From an uncultured Clostridia bacterium (GTDB lineage: Bacteria; Bacillota; Clostridia; Christensenellales; UBA1242): DNA of 64,000 nucleotides. Made by a program: the position numbers and the translations under genes. The notes beneath the pieces were generated by a model. The model ran no database searches, was not told where the DNA came from, and was given only the letters and a program-made list of their open reading frames with translations. Below are positions 55,733-64,000 of this stretch, piece by piece. The stretch covers positions 10,015 through 74,014 of the forward strand of contig CALWOW010000039.1 of assembly GCA_944383295.1 (NCBI GenBank). Reading direction: 5' to 3'. The number at the start of each line of letters is the position of its first letter. Position 1 is the stretch's first letter.

Positions 55733-56602
55733 TTAACCAAATATTTCATTTTTTGCAATTTTTAATTTATTTTGCGTTGGTATTTCTTGTACACCGTGAG
55801 CAATAGTCAGCACCATTACCCTATCGGCGTGCGCCTTTTTCAATACATTAGCGCAAGCATTTGCGGTTGAACCAGTAGTCATTACATCATCAACAAGTAA
55901 AATTTTCTTGCCACGCACAGCATATTTGTCTAGCACCTTAAAACTAGCACGCAGATTTTTGCGTCTTTCCAAATACGACAAAGACGCTTGCGCCTCTGTA
56001 TCTTTTATTTTTACTAAAGTTTCAGTGTTGATAGGTACATTTATTAAATCACTTAAACCATCGGCAAGTAATTCTGCTTGATTGTAGCCTCTCCATTTTT
56101 TACGATTTTCACTTAACGGAACAGGTATTATTAAATCAGCCTGCCAACCTAATTCTTTATACAAAATTGCTAAATAATTTGATAAAGTACGAGATAGGTA
56201 AGGTTTGTTGTTGTATTTAAGACCTGCAATTAATTTCTTTACTTCATTTTCATAAACAAATACACTTCGTGCAATATCAAATTCACGATCAGTATTTTGA
56301 CAATTCAAACAATATTGCCCTTGCCCTGTTATCACAGCACCACAACGAGCACAACATTCACTTTCTGTGATTTTATGTAATTTGCACTGACATTTATCAC
56401 AAATTTCGATATCCTGCTTTTCTTTTAAATCATCTCCGCACACAATACATTTTATATTTGATGGGAAAAAGACACTGCAAGCACGGTGGTATAACTTTAC
56501 AAAAACATTTGCACATTTACCAAAAGCATTTGGACGCTTTGGATTTTTGCTAATCTTTTTCGTTGGTGATTGAATTGCCACTTCAGTTTTCTCTACACTC
56601 AT
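55733..56602 (-). CDS. comFC: ComF family protein (ComFC-like phosphoribosyltransferase fold with N-terminal Cys clusters)
   Basis: CIVCGDDL...CDKC...CARCG...CLNC zinc-finger-like N-terminus and a PRT motif ILLVDDVMTTGST. The ATG overlaps the recD2 TGA (ATGA). Confidence 0.85.
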   Translation of the reverse strand: MSVEKTEVAIQSPTKKISKNPKRPNAFGKCANVFVKLYHRACSVFFPSNIKCIVCGDDLKEKQDIEICDKCQCKLHKITESECCARCGAVITGQGQYCLNCQNTDREFDIARSVFVYENEVKKLIAGLKYNNKPYLSRTLSNYLAILYKELGWQADLIIPVPLSENRKKWRGYNQAELLADGLSDLINVPINTETLVKIKDTEAQASLSYLERRKNLRASFKVLDKYAVRGKKILLVDDVMTTGSTANACANVLKKAHADRVMVLTIAHGVQEIPTQNKLKIAKNEIFG

Positions 56603-58857
56603 ATTTCAAATGCCTCCAAATTCTTCGCTTGTTTTTGCAAAAAAATACTCAACGCACTGTATCTTTTTGCCGTATAATTATTTTTTACCATCATTGCCAA
56701 ATGCTTTTTTGTACCAACCAAAACTACCATTTGTTTCGCACGAGTTACCGCTGTATAGAGCAAATTTCTAGTTAGAATACTGCTTGCTCCTCCTATAATA
56801 GGAATAATTACAACATCAAACTCACTACCTTGACTTTTATGTATTGTAATAGCATAACTCAAACTTAATTGTTTTGCGTCTTCCCTATTGTACTCGGCAA
56901 CACGGCCATCTTCAAAAGTGACTTCCAGACTGTCCGTTTCGTAATTAACATCAGTTACAAAACCTATATCACCATTAAACACCGCTTCGCCTATCTCCCA
57001 ACTACCGTTCGCTCGTGGCTTTTTCCATATTTGAGTGTAATTATTTGAGGTTTGCATCACCTTATCACCCACACGAAAAACAGTGTATTCTAGTTTGTAT
57101 TCCTTTTTATTTGGAGTGCTTGGATTTACTCGGTTTTGTATAATTGTATTAAGATTATCCACTCCACAAACTCCTGCCCTCATAGGTGCAAGTACTTGTA
57201 TTTTTAAAGGACTTATACCTAAAAAGTTTGGGATACGCACACTTACCATACTTAAAATAGTGCTTGCGATACTATCTGATGTGTCCTTATTTTCAAAAAA
57301 GAAATCCTTGCTTTTATTGTCTATTAATGGCATTTCCCCATCGTTTATTGCGTGAGCATTTGTTATAATTAAACTTGACTCACTTTGTCTATATATATGT
57401 GTAAGTTGTGCGCAAGCAATTTCATTTGAATTTATAATATCAGCAAGCACATTACCAGCACCTACACTTGGTAATTGGTTTTTATCACCAACTAAAATAA
57501 GTTTAGTCCCTGCCTTTAATGCAGACAATAGCGAAAACATTAGATTGACATCAACCATTGACACTTCATCAACTATAACAGCATCGTATGGAAATTTATT
57601 AGTTTCATTGTAAAAAAACATAGCATTATCTTCACGAGTACCGCTTTCGTTGTAATCTATCATTAGAGCACGATGAATAGTGCTAGCTTCTTCCTTACAA
57701 CTTTCACTCATTCGCTTTGCTGCACGCCCCGTAGGAGCAAGCAAGGCAATACGTCCGCATCGATTATTTAAAATTTGCAAAATACATTTTATAATTGTTG
57801 TTTTACCAGTGCCCGGGCCACCTGTTATCACGCAAACTCCGTTTTTTACAGCCATTTCAATAGCACGCTTCTGGTCTTGATGAAATTCTACATTATTAAA
57901 TTTTTCAAATGATTTAATTTCTTCAGTTATATCAGTAGCAAGTTCGGTAGCAGTTTGATTTAGGGTGAGCAGTTTACTTGCAATTTTTAATTCGGTATTA
58001 TAAAACTTAACCAACATTAGACATTGCACGCCATTAAAATCGCAACGCTTTAAAACACTTTCTAGCACTAATTGGTCGATTACGCCATTTAAAACATCAA
58101 TTTTTTCCATAATATCGACATTTAACAAAGAGCTTAATGATATATAAACATCTTCAATCGGTAAATAGGTGTTGCCATCATGTTCGCTTGCTTCGTTTAA
58201 TACATACACCAACCCAGCACGCAAACGAAACTCACTATCGGCAGGAATCCCTATATTAATTGCAATCTTATCCGCAGTTTTGAAACCTACTCTTGCCATA
58301 TCTTCAACTAACTTGTAGGGATTAGTTTTTAATATTTCACGAGCATTATCACCATATCTATTAAAAATCTTAATCGCCATATTGGTTGAAATATTATAAT
58401 TTTGCAAAAACATAACGACATCTTGCATTTTTCGTAACTGTATAAATTCAGCGCCGATTTCGGCTGCTTTTTTCATTGTTATGCCTCGAACTTCTGCAAG
58501 TTTTAACGGACTTAATTCTATTATATCTAAAGTTTGAGAACCAAATTTTTCGACTATTCTTTCAGCAGTTATAGGGCCTATACCTTTTAAAAGTCCACTT
58601 GATAAATAACGAATGATACCCATTTCATTTTTTGGCTCTTTGATAGTATAGGTATCAATTTTAAATTGTTCACCCCAACGAGCATCAGTAATAAAATTGC
58701 CCGTTGCTGTTATTTCTTGACCTTGAAAAATATTCGACAATTTACCGACAATAGTGATTAATTCATGGTTAGCAGAAACACGAGCGACCGTAAAGCCGTT
58801 CTCTTTATTTTGAAAAACAACATTTTCCACTATTCCTTTCAAGACCATATTATTCAC
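56599..58857 (-). CDS. recD2: RecD2-type SF1B ATP-dependent DNA helicase
   Basis: N-terminal OB/HhH region, Walker A ITGGPGTGKTT, VIVDEVSMVD, LVGDKNQLPSVGAG, and C-terminal SYAITIHKSQGSEF. Confidence 0.9.
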   Translation of the reverse strand: MNNMVLKGIVENVVFQNKENGFTVARVSANHELITIVGKLSNIFQGQEITATGNFITDARWGEQFKIDTYTIKEPKNEMGIIRYLSSGLLKGIGPITAERIVEKFGSQTLDIIELSPLKLAEVRGITMKKAAEIGAEFIQLRKMQDVVMFLQNYNISTNMAIKIFNRYGDNAREILKTNPYKLVEDMARVGFKTADKIAINIGIPADSEFRLRAGLVYVLNEASEHDGNTYLPIEDVYISLSSLLNVDIMEKIDVLNGVIDQLVLESVLKRCDFNGVQCLMLVKFYNTELKIASKLLTLNQTATELATDITEEIKSFEKFNNVEFHQDQKRAIEMAVKNGVCVITGGPGTGKTTIIKCILQILNNRCGRIALLAPTGRAAKRMSESCKEEASTIHRALMIDYNESGTREDNAMFFYNETNKFPYDAVIVDEVSMVDVNLMFSLLSALKAGTKLILVGDKNQLPSVGAGNVLADIINSNEIACAQLTHIYRQSESSLIITNAHAINDGEMPLIDNKSKDFFFENKDTSDSIASTILSMVSVRIPNFLGISPLKIQVLAPMRAGVCGVDNLNTIIQNRVNPSTPNKKEYKLEYTVFRVGDKVMQTSNNYTQIWKKPRANGSWEIGEAVFNGDIGFVTDVNYETDSLEVTFEDGRVAEYNREDAKQLSLSYAITIHKSQGSEFDVVIIPIIGGASSILTRNLLYTAVTRAKQMVVLVGTKKHLAMMVKNNYTAKRYSALSIFLQKQAKNLEAFEI

Positions 58858-59434
58858 TCTCTATAAATTCAATTTCATTCCAAATTTTATCAAGCCCACG
58901 TTTATCTTGTGCGCTAACTGGTATGATATTATCTTTACCTATACCCAATTCATTAGCAATTATTGTCAAATGCTTATCAATTTGACCTCGTGGAATTTTA
59001 TCCAATTTAGTCGCAATTACATTAAACGGAATATTATAAAAGTACAGATATTTTAGCATTTCATTGTCTTTAATAGTTGGTTTATGTCTAACATCTACCA
59101 AGACAAATACTCTCTTTAAATTAGGACTATTTTCTAAATACGCTCCAATTAAAGATTGCCATTTGCTTTGCTCTGTCTTACTTGCCTGCGCAAATCCGTA
59201 ACCTGGCAAATCAACCAGCAAAATTTTATTGTTTATTTTAAAATAATTAATCAATCGAGTTCGTCCTGGAGTACTACTCGCTTTTGCAAGTTTACTTCTT
59301 TGAGTTAATGCATTGATAAGACTTGATTTACCCACATTACTACGGCCAACAAAAGCAAATTCATCCAAGCCAAAATTCGCAAGTTGCGAAACATTTCCTA
59401 CGCTTGTAACGAATTCCGCCGATTTAATTATCAT
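58850..59434 (-). CDS. engB: Ribosome biogenesis GTPase YsxC/EngB
   Basis: GRSNVGKSSLINAL, DLPGYG, and TKLDK. Lies downstream of lon, as in Bacillus. Confidence 0.93.
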   Translation of the reverse strand: MIIKSAEFVTSVGNVSQLANFGLDEFAFVGRSNVGKSSLINALTQRSKLAKASSTPGRTRLINYFKINNKILLVDLPGYGFAQASKTEQSKWQSLIGAYLENSPNLKRVFVLVDVRHKPTIKDNEMLKYLYFYNIPFNVIATKLDKIPRGQIDKHLTIIANELGIGKDNIIPVSAQDKRGLDKIWNEIEFIESE

Positions 59435-61878
59435 TACTTTTTCTCACTTTTTGATTTTTTCTTTTGCGCAGATGATTTTTTAGTTTCTTTATTTTCACTC
59501 TTACCGCTCTTTTCAAGTGGTTTTAATGGTGACTGTAAAGCAATGCTCAATACTTCATCAATCGTTTCAACTAAATGTATTTTAACTACATTTTTAACTT
59601 CTTGAGGTAAATCCCACAAATCATCTTCATTATCCTTTGGAATAATACATTCCTTCAATCCTACCCTTGAACCTGCTATGATTTTATCACGCACGCCACC
59701 GATTGGATAAACTTTTCCACTAAGACTTATCTCACCTGTCATTCCTAAATATTCACGCACAGGAATACCTGTAAATGCCGATACCATTGCAGTTGTCATA
59801 GTGATACCAGCACTTGGTCCTTCTACACCGCTACCAGATGATGGTATAGACAAATGAATATTAGTATCTTTAATTTTTGAATAAGGAATGCCCCAATCCT
59901 TTGCACGAGTCTTTAATAATGAATAAGCAATTTTAGATGATTCTTGCATCATTTCGCCAGGCTTACCTGTAAGCAAAAGTTGTCCCTTACCTTCGCTTAA
60001 AGATGCTTCCACAATCATAGTAGTACCAACAATTTCTCCATAAACCGCTAACGCTACAACTTGACCAACCTTTCCACCTTTAAAAATATCAAGAGTTTTG
60101 TATCTATGATGGCCTAAATAATCAGTTATGTTTTCTTTGCAAATATCTTTAAATTTCTCACCGGTCACCATAAAAGTTGCATATTTACGGCATATTTCGG
60201 CAATCTTACGCTCTAAATCACGAACATCGCCTTCAAAGGTAAATTCATTGATAATTAAGCGCAACAAATCGTCATCTAATTTTATAGTACCAGCAGGAAT
60301 ACCAGCAAGCTTTTCTTGCTTAGGAATTAAATATTCTCTTGCAATATGCATTTTTTCTATTTCTGTGTATGGACGCAATCTAATTATTTCCATACGGTCA
60401 CGCAATGGCAAAGGAATACCATTTATATCATTTGCTGTTAAAATAAACATAACTTGACTAAGGTCATAAGGAAGTTCTAGGAAGTTATCTTTGAAATGGT
60501 CATTTTGAGCAGGGTCCAATACTTCAAGCAAAGCACTTGAAGGGTCACCTCGTGAGTCACGAGTCATTTTGTCAATTTCATCTAGCAAAAACACAGGATT
60601 AATCGTGCCTGCTTGTTTCATACCTGCTAGTATTCTACCGCACATTGCACCTACATAAGTCCTACGGTGACCACGAATTGCACTTTCATCACTCACACCA
60701 CCAAGACTAACTTGTACAAATTTTCTTCCCAAAGCATTCGCAATAGATTTTGCTATTGAAGTTTTACCGACTCCCGGAGGTCCTACAAGGCAAAGAATTT
60801 GTGCGTTTACTTTCCCCGTCAATTTAATTACCGCCAAAGTTTCCAAAATTCGTTGTTTTACTTCTTGCAAAGCATAATGTTCATTGTCTAAAATTTCACG
60901 TGCTTTTTTAATGTCTATGTTATCTTCGGTTTTTTGTGTCCAAGGTAATTCCAGCACTGTTTCAATAAAATTGCGAACATAACCTAATTCAGGTGAACCA
61001 AAAGGCAATTTCCCTAGTCTGTTTACTTCTTTTAAAACTTTTTCTTCAAGTTCTTTTGGCATGCCTAATTCTTTAACTTTTTTGGTAAAATCTTCTATTT
61101 CATCAACGTCACCATTCAATTCATCATTGATAACTCGCAATTGCTCACGTAAAAAAATTTCTTTTTGCGTCTTTGCTATGTTTGCATTTACCTTTTCATC
61201 TATTTCTTTTTTAGTTTTAATATTAGTCACTAATATAGTCATTAAATTATTTAAAATAGTCAAACGTTCTTCTACATTCGGCGTCACGAGTAAAGTACGT
61301 TGAGTGTCCATATTATCTTTCGCTAAAAAATGAATAAGCATATCACCCAACTGCGCAGGTTCTAATTCATCATCTATAAGTGCTGTTTGAAGTTGTCCTG
61401 GTAAAGCACGTTCATTTGCTAAAATTCGCATTTGCTCACGAATTTCTTCCATCAATTCAAAACTTTTTGGACTGTCAGGATTTTCATCTACCATAATTTC
61501 AGCCAATACAGAAAATTCATCACCCAAAGTGATTTTATTAATTGAAACACGCATATCGCCCGCTAACAAAACACGTATGTTTGCTCCTTGAGGCATAATA
61601 CGTTTTACAGTACATAAGCAACCGACATTGACAAAATCATCAATCTCTGGCTGTTCTTTAAAGGTTTTACTTGTAACAACAACTACTTGCTCATTGTTAT
61701 CAAACGCTTCACGAACTCCTTTCGCTTCAATTTCATTATTTATGTCGCAAGTTAAATTAACGCCAGGCACTGCCACTATGTTGGTCAAATAAACCGCATA
61801 AAATTTTCTACCCTTATCGGTTTTTAATATATCCATTTTATTATTAATATCCATATTCTTTTGTCCTAAATCTTGCAT
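59434..61878 (-). CDS. lon: ATP-dependent Lon protease (LonA type)
   Basis: LON N-domain, an AAA+ domain (LVGPPGVGKTSIA, FLLDEIDKM), a protease domain (GVEGPSAGITMTTAMVSAF, with K in GGVRDKIIAG), and a K/S-rich tail. Confidence 0.96.
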   Translation of the reverse strand: MQDLGQKNMDINNKMDILKTDKGRKFYAVYLTNIVAVPGVNLTCDINNEIEAKGVREAFDNNEQVVVVTSKTFKEQPEIDDFVNVGCLCTVKRIMPQGANIRVLLAGDMRVSINKITLGDEFSVLAEIMVDENPDSPKSFELMEEIREQMRILANERALPGQLQTALIDDELEPAQLGDMLIHFLAKDNMDTQRTLLVTPNVEERLTILNNLMTILVTNIKTKKEIDEKVNANIAKTQKEIFLREQLRVINDELNGDVDEIEDFTKKVKELGMPKELEEKVLKEVNRLGKLPFGSPELGYVRNFIETVLELPWTQKTEDNIDIKKAREILDNEHYALQEVKQRILETLAVIKLTGKVNAQILCLVGPPGVGKTSIAKSIANALGRKFVQVSLGGVSDESAIRGHRRTYVGAMCGRILAGMKQAGTINPVFLLDEIDKMTRDSRGDPSSALLEVLDPAQNDHFKDNFLELPYDLSQVMFILTANDINGIPLPLRDRMEIIRLRPYTEIEKMHIAREYLIPKQEKLAGIPAGTIKLDDDLLRLIINEFTFEGDVRDLERKIAEICRKYATFMVTGEKFKDICKENITDYLGHHRYKTLDIFKGGKVGQVVALAVYGEIVGTTMIVEASLSEGKGQLLLTGKPGEMMQESSKIAYSLLKTRAKDWGIPYSKIKDTNIHLSIPSSGSGVEGPSAGITMTTAMVSAFTGIPVREYLGMTGEISLSGKVYPIGGVRDKIIAGSRVGLKECIIPKDNEDDLWDLPQEVKNVVKIHLVETIDEVLSIALQSPLKPLEKSGKSENKETKKSSAQKKKSKSEKK

Positions 61879-61937
61879 ATCATTTTTCTCCTAATTGTCG
61901 CAATATAATTTTAAACAATTGATTATAACTTAAACTT

Positions 61938-61966
61938 AAAAAAAAAGCAACTATTATTGTCGCTTT
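61938..61966 (-). terminator. Intrinsic terminator after glmS
   Basis: Minus-strand RNA reads GCGAC-AAUAAUA-GUUGC followed by nine U. Confidence 0.6.
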
Positions 61967-62051
61967 TTAGATTTTGACAACTTTCGCCTTAGGTAAACAC
62001 AGCCAACAAAAATTAACTAGCGCCATAGGAAAATTAATATCATATCAAAAT

Positions 62052-63902
62052 TTATTCCACAGTTACAGACTTTGCTAAATTTCTAGGTTTGTCTGGGTCT
62101 AAATTTTTTGAAATTGATACTTTGTAGGCTAATGTTTGCAAAGGTTTCATTGCTACAAAAGGTGTCAATAAATCATTAACATTAGGAATATAGATTTGTT
62201 TATACACAAAATTTTCTAAATTTGTAAAAGGACTAATTAAAATAACTTTTGCACCACGACTATTAAGTTCGTGTATATTATTTAATGTTTTTTCAATTAG
62301 ATTACTTTGAGTCAAAACTGCTACAACAAAACTGTTGTTATTAATTAAGGCAAGACTTCCATGTTTTAATTCTCCAGCAGGTAACGCTTCACAATGTATA
62401 TAACTAATTTCTTTTAATTTTAACGCTCCTTCCAATGCGAGCAGGTAATCCACCCCTCTTCCAATAAAGTAAATACTTTCTTCATTTTTTATTTCTTCCA
62501 CAATATCATCTAAAACTTTTGTATAGTCTTGATGAGAATATTTCAAAGCCAAATTTTTTATCATTCCACAATTAAATTTTATTTCCTTTTTTAAAATAAT
62601 TGCAAGATATTCAATGAAAGCATACAAAGCAGCTAGTTGAGCTAGATATGCTTTGGTAGATGCAACAGCAATTTCTGGCCCCGCACCTGTAGGAACAACA
62701 AAATCAACTATACTTTCCATTCGACTTGCAGGCACGTTTGTAAAAGCAATAGTAGTCGCTCCTTTCTGCTTTGCTAATTCTACACACGATAAAGTATCGG
62801 CAGTTTCTCCACTTTGACTAATAAACAAACAAACACTATGAGCATCAAGTATAGGTTTTTTATATCTAAACTCACTTGCATAATCTAAATCAACTGGCAC
62901 TCTTAATTGATTTTCTATTATGTACTTTGCAATCAATCCAGCATGTAAAGCTGTACCACAAGCTGTTATATGTAAATTAAATTTGTCTTCAAAAATTTTA
63001 GGTGGAATTTTTTGTAGAACTTTCAACTTCTTAATTCTATCAATTGTTTCGATTATACTACTTGCACCTTGCTCAATTTCTTTATGCATAAAGTGCTTAA
63101 ATTCACCTAACATCACTTGCTCGGTTTTTATTGTAATTTGTTGAAATTTTATTTTAACATTTTCAAGATTATCATTAAACACAACAATTTTGTTTTTCTC
63201 AATGTAACCTAATTCCCCATCTTTAATAGAATAAAATTTGTTTGCAAATCCCAACAAAGCGGGCGTATCACTCGCTAAATAACTTTCTTCTTCACCTTTG
63301 CCGATAATTAATGGACTCTTGTTTTTAGCGAAAAATATACAGTCATCAATTCCCGCAACAACTATCGCAACAGCATACGCACCTTCACATTGCTGGATTG
63401 TTTTGTTTAATGCTTTTATTATAGTTTTTTTACTGAATTTTATAGTATTATGCGCAGTATTATGCATAGTATTATGCATTAATTTTGCGCATAAATTATA
63501 CGCTAATAACTGGGCAAAGACTTCGGTGTCCGTATCTGAATTAAACTTTACCCCCTTTGCTATTAAGTCTTGTTTTATGCTATCAAAATTTTCAATTATA
63601 CCATTATGTACAACTGCTAATATTCCATTACAATCAGTTTGAGGGTGTGCGTTGTTTTTGTTTGGTTCTCCGTGAGTCGCCCATCTCGTATGTCCAATAG
63701 CGCAAGATGAAGGTATTATTTTATTTTTTAATGAATTGTATAAATTTACAAGTTTCCCAACACGTTTTTCTGTATAGATTTTACCGTTATCTATATAAGC
63801 TACACCAGCCGAATCGTACCCCCTATACTCTAATGCTGAAAGACATTTTAGCGCTATCGGCACCCCCAATCTATCACCTACATAACCAACTATTCCGCAC
63901 AT
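62052..63902 (-). CDS. glmS: Glutamine--fructose-6-phosphate aminotransferase (isomerizing)
   Basis: MCGIVGYVG with the N-terminal nucleophile Cys (ATG at 63902; the tracked start at 63935 adds 11 residues), two SIS domains, and C-terminal ...LAKSVTVE. Confidence 0.96.
   Translation of the reverse strand: MCGIVGYVGDRLGVPIALKCLSALEYRGYDSAGVAYIDNGKIYTEKRVGKLVNLYNSLKNKIIPSSCAIGHTRWATHGEPNKNNAHPQTDCNGILAVVHNGIIENFDSIKQDLIAKGVKFNSDTDTEVFAQLLAYNLCAKLMHNTMHNTAHNTIKFSKKTIIKALNKTIQQCEGAYAVAIVVAGIDDCIFFAKNKSPLIIGKGEEESYLASDTPALLGFANKFYSIKDGELGYIEKNKIVVFNDNLENVKIKFQQITIKTEQVMLGEFKHFMHKEIEQGASSIIETIDRIKKLKVLQKIPPKIFEDKFNLHITACGTALHAGLIAKYIIENQLRVPVDLDYASEFRYKKPILDAHSVCLFISQSGETADTLSCVELAKQKGATTIAFTNVPASRMESIVDFVVPTGAGPEIAVASTKAYLAQLAALYAFIEYLAIILKKEIKFNCGMIKNLALKYSHQDYTKVLDDIVEEIKNEESIYFIGRGVDYLLALEGALKLKEISYIHCEALPAGELKHGSLALINNNSFVVAVLTQSNLIEKTLNNIHELNSRGAKVILISPFTNLENFVYKQIYIPNVNDLLTPFVAMKPLQTLAYKVSISKNLDPDKPRNLAKSVTVE
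63444..63479 (-). repeat. In-frame 12-bp tandem repeat (x3) inside glmS
   Basis: Plus strand: AGTATTATGCGC AGTATTATGCAT AGTATTATGCAT. On the coding strand this encodes MHNT-MHNT-AHNT. Confidence 0.9.
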
Positions 63903-64000
63903 ACACTCACCCCTTGTTTTTGTAAATAATTCCAAGCAGAAATCAAAATTCCACCCGCACTTATTTTATTTGTTAAAACAAATATTTTGCCTTGTTTATT

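Noticed and set aside
1-64000. Possibility of an alternative genetic code (UGA read as Trp), mobile elements, a prophage, a CRISPR array or a defence island
   Set aside because: All conserved genes are full-length under the standard code, and prfB (RF2) is intact. I found no integrase, transposase, tRNA attachment site, terminal inverted repeats, repeat-spacer array or recognisable defence gene. Apart from the orphan genes noted above, the window is core housekeeping genome.

Overview
This window is AT-rich, very gene-dense core genome of a low-GC Firmicutes-type bacterium. I count about 58 protein genes plus one RNase P RNA, and all but three CDS (the truncated GDPD gene, tmcAL, rpsU) are on the minus strand. 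All protein identities come from motif recognition by eye and from gene order; I could not run BLAST, HMM or covariance searches.

The region reads as a chain of conserved Bacillus/Clostridium housekeeping operons:
- rpmF-plsX-smc-ftsY
- a T-box followed by thrS
- rubrerythrin and rarA
- rnpB
- efp
- rpsB-tsf-frr-uppS-cdsA-rseP-(PolC-like exonuclease)-nusA-ylxR-ylxQ-infB-rbfA-nrnA-truB
- ruvX-DUF1292
- nifS-iscU and trxA
- dprA and comM
- topA-trmFO-hslVU-hisS
- rpsU and yebC
- an L20-type leader followed by infC-rpmI-rplT
- prfB-rimI-tsaD
- lon-engB-recD2-comFC-secA
- glmS

Several sigma-A promoters match the consensus exactly (TTGACA-17-TATAAT), and many intrinsic terminators are readable. 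The RNase P RNA is bacterial type A, and a rubrerythrin is present. Together these suggest an anaerobic, Clostridia-like, streamlined genome that uses the standard code (RF2 is present and no gene needs an in-frame TGA read through).

I saw no rRNA, tRNA, CRISPR array, IS element, integrase or prophage, and I did not find a convincing multi-gene novel system. The observations most worth follow-up are:
1. A 517-aa protein with PolC-like N-terminal, OB and proofreading-exonuclease domains but no polymerase domains, sitting where polC normally lies.
2. An EF-P with Arg rather than Lys at the tip of the modified loop, in a non-EarP sequence context.
3. A 534-aa, extremely AT-rich, membrane-anchored orphan with no Shine-Dalgarno sequence.
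4. An internally duplicated YdcK-like beta-helix protein next to an unannotated 44-aa membrane peptide.
5. A translationally coupled lon-engB-recD2-comFC unit with no comFA.
6. Repeated clean loss of expected genes from conserved operon slots (pyrH, dxr, proS, rimP, ribF, fabD/fabG/acpP/rnc, codV/codY).
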